Of a stretch of 64,000 nt of DNA, positions 62,298 to 64,000 are shown piece after piece. Under the pieces are notes generated by a model, which had not been told where the DNA came from, did not search any database, and saw only the letters and a list, made by a program, of their open reading frames with translations. This DNA comes from Octopus bimaculoides. Lineage: Eukaryota. The position numbers and the translations under genes are program-made. The stretch is from the NCBI RefSeq assembly GCF_001194135.2, contig NC_068991.1, positions 73,232,020-73,296,019 on the forward strand, read 5' to 3'. Within the stretch, counting starts at the first letter, position 1, and the number at the start of each line of letters is the position of its first letter.

Positions 62298-62830
62298 TTA
62301 TGACGGCCCATCACAGGAGGTGACGGTGTCGATCCAAGACATTTATCCTCCACCATCTCCACCAGATGTAACAAGAGCGATGCAAGTTACAATGATCTTG
62401 CGGCACCGTTAGCACTGAAAGTGAGCCCAAACAACAGCAGCAGGAGGCGGGCTGTTAGTGACGACGTCTCCTATTTCATGCGTTCAGTTTCAAAGCCCTC
62501 TACTGCAGCATCACACATCGATCTCCATGCCTTCCGATTAACCGCGGGGGACTCCAACCGATTGGGAAGGGACACTGGATAAGATGTGACACAGCTAGAG
62601 AAAATAATAAAAACGAAGCTTTGTTCGGCCATGAGGCTTACTTCCAGTCTCGATCCCCCTGAAGAGGACCACTTGTGGGAGTCGCCGTTTACCCGTCGTC
62701 CGAATCACATGGCCAACCCAACGGAGAAGACTACGAAAGGTGCAGGCCTCCACGCTTTTGATCCCTAAGGAGGATTTCGGTATGCAATGCATAAAATTAC
62801 GGATGTAGTCATGGCTGAGTGATTAACCTT
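62298..62830 (-). mobile_element. RTE-clade LINE ORF2 C-terminus and 3' end, decayed
   Basis: SVEACTFRSLLRWVGHVIRTTGKRRLPQVVLFRGIETGSKPHGRTKLRF, then AVNRKAWRSMCDAAVEGFETER. This matches RTE SIEA.L...QLRW.GHV.RM...RLPK..LYGEL..G.R..GRPKLRYKD...W..LA.DR..WR....FE..R. Confidence 0.82.
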
Positions 62831-63174
62831 TTATTTCACAGCTGCTTGTTTCGTGTTCGGTCCTACTGCACAACTGTCTAGACCAAAACCTTGGAAGGTA
62901 AACTGGTAAATAGAAACTGAGCTGAAGCCCCCATTCTCTAGGATCAATCTTTCTACTGAGGTTCAAATGTAATACGTCGCTCGGTTTAATACAAACCTCT
63001 GGTTGGTCTTTGAGTCCCCTTAGCAGAATCCATTCACTCACAAGCACTTAGACATAATCATCGGTCTTTGGTTAACTCATTCCCCGCCGCCTTTCTCCCC
63101 TCAGTATCGCAGATTCACAGGAGGGTGACGTGCTCGCTTTCTTACTGCTTCTAAGAAGTCGAGTGGCCACGTAC

Positions 63175-63820
63175 ATGCTTTCGCTGGTTCAAACCGGCGA
63201 TTTTCTTACAGTTTATTGGTTATATTATTATTGCTGCGAGTCTTCGTCCAGGTCAGACTTGATTCAACGGGCCAATGATGAAAATGTTTCCAAACACGAT
63301 TATCCAGTCTTTATGTATTTCAGAGACCACAGCCTCTTATATGAAACCTGCGATACGCATCACCACATTTCTTTGCGTGTTCTTTAAACGAGTACGTTAG
63401 CTTTTACTGAAGAAACACAACTAGGTCGAAACGCTGTGTCTTAAAATTTCTTTATGTCAATCAAGTGAGTGCATTGTCGATATACATCGCTTGAACGGAG
63501 GTGTTCTTTGAAGATGGAATACAACAACAATTAACATGCTCACCTTTAAATCTGCCGGAACGCATTACATATTATAGTTTATTGATTATATTAGAGTTGT
63601 TACTAGCTTTGTTTAGCTCCGGGTTAGATTTAATCGAAAAGGCTAGTGATGAAAGCCATTCTGACAATTATCATCCTGTGTTTTTCTCTTTTACAGAGCA
63701 CATTCTTTAACGTGTTCTTTTCGTTTTGAAGACGGTAGGATGTAATTTAGGAACGATTAGCTTCCATTTCTAGCATGTGGATATGCCTCGTAGAAGCTCC
63801 TTTGGTTTGAATGTATCGTA
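63175..63820 (+). repeat. Two diverged tandem copies (period about 371 bp) of an interspersed repeat
   Basis: Shared colinear blocks acatgct..ccgg..agtttattg.ttatatta..tcc.ggt.aga.tt.at...tgatgaaa (63276 vs 63647)..caga..cacatt.ctt..cgtgttcttt; 29 of 84 positions differ in the gap-free core. Confidence 0.75.
63401..63447 (+). ncRNA. Degenerate hammerhead-like motif
   Basis: UUUUA-CUGAAGA-aacacaacuagguc-GAAA-C(gcugu)GUC-U(u)AAAA; stem II is imperfect. Confidence 0.35.
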
Positions 63821-64000
63821 TTCTTAGCTAGAAACGCTAGTATTGAATGACATTCTGAAGATGTCGTAATCATTTATTCCACTTCTAATATCAGGCATAT
63901 ATATGTAAGATATCTACTGCCATATTGAAAATTGCGGTAGTTTGATATTTGCGTAGTTGTTGAGTTTCATTTTGGCAAATTTGCAGTAATTTTGACAGAC

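Noticed and set aside
63247-63700. Apparent protein conservation between the two tandem units (DLIQRANDE vs DLIEKASDE), and a C/D snoRNA reading
   Set aside because: Mismatches by codon position are 9/7/13 over 28 codons, compatible with neutral divergence, and the upstream frames differ. For the snoRNA reading, the D box is CAGA rather than CUGA and the guides are not conserved.

Overview
AT-rich animal genomic DNA from a short-read scaffold, with 15 N-gaps that are almost all flanked by microsatellites. The repeat complement (tRNA-derived SINEs carrying a 'gtactggggtcgat' module, dense TA/CA/TAGA/TACA microsatellites) looks like an octopus genome; this is inference from recalled repeats, not a database hit. 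I find no convincing host protein-coding exon, rRNA, tRNA gene or CRISPR array. Most ORFs in the track are artefacts of microsatellites, N-runs, SINEs or decayed transposons, so the window is intergenic or lies in one large intron. It contains about 19 copies or fragments of a ~230-bp SINE (family A, nearly all on the minus strand), about 12 pieces of a bipartite SINE (family B), and older tRNA/CORE-like SINE heads. It also holds decayed CR1-group and RTE LINE fragments, a Penelope-like GIY-YIG remnant, a mariner remnant, and probable Gypsy, hAT and Helitron-like relics. Three observations stand out. (i) Several minimal type-I hammerhead-ribozyme-like motifs fall into three sequence families, two copies of which have complete stems but a non-canonical CUGUUGA core. 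(ii) A 3' double-hairpin tail with compensatory changes is shared between a CR1-group LINE and SINE family B, suggesting a LINE-SINE mobilisation pair. (iii) SINE-A shows strong strand bias and a recurrent tandem pairing, and several close inverted SINE pairs could form dsRNA.
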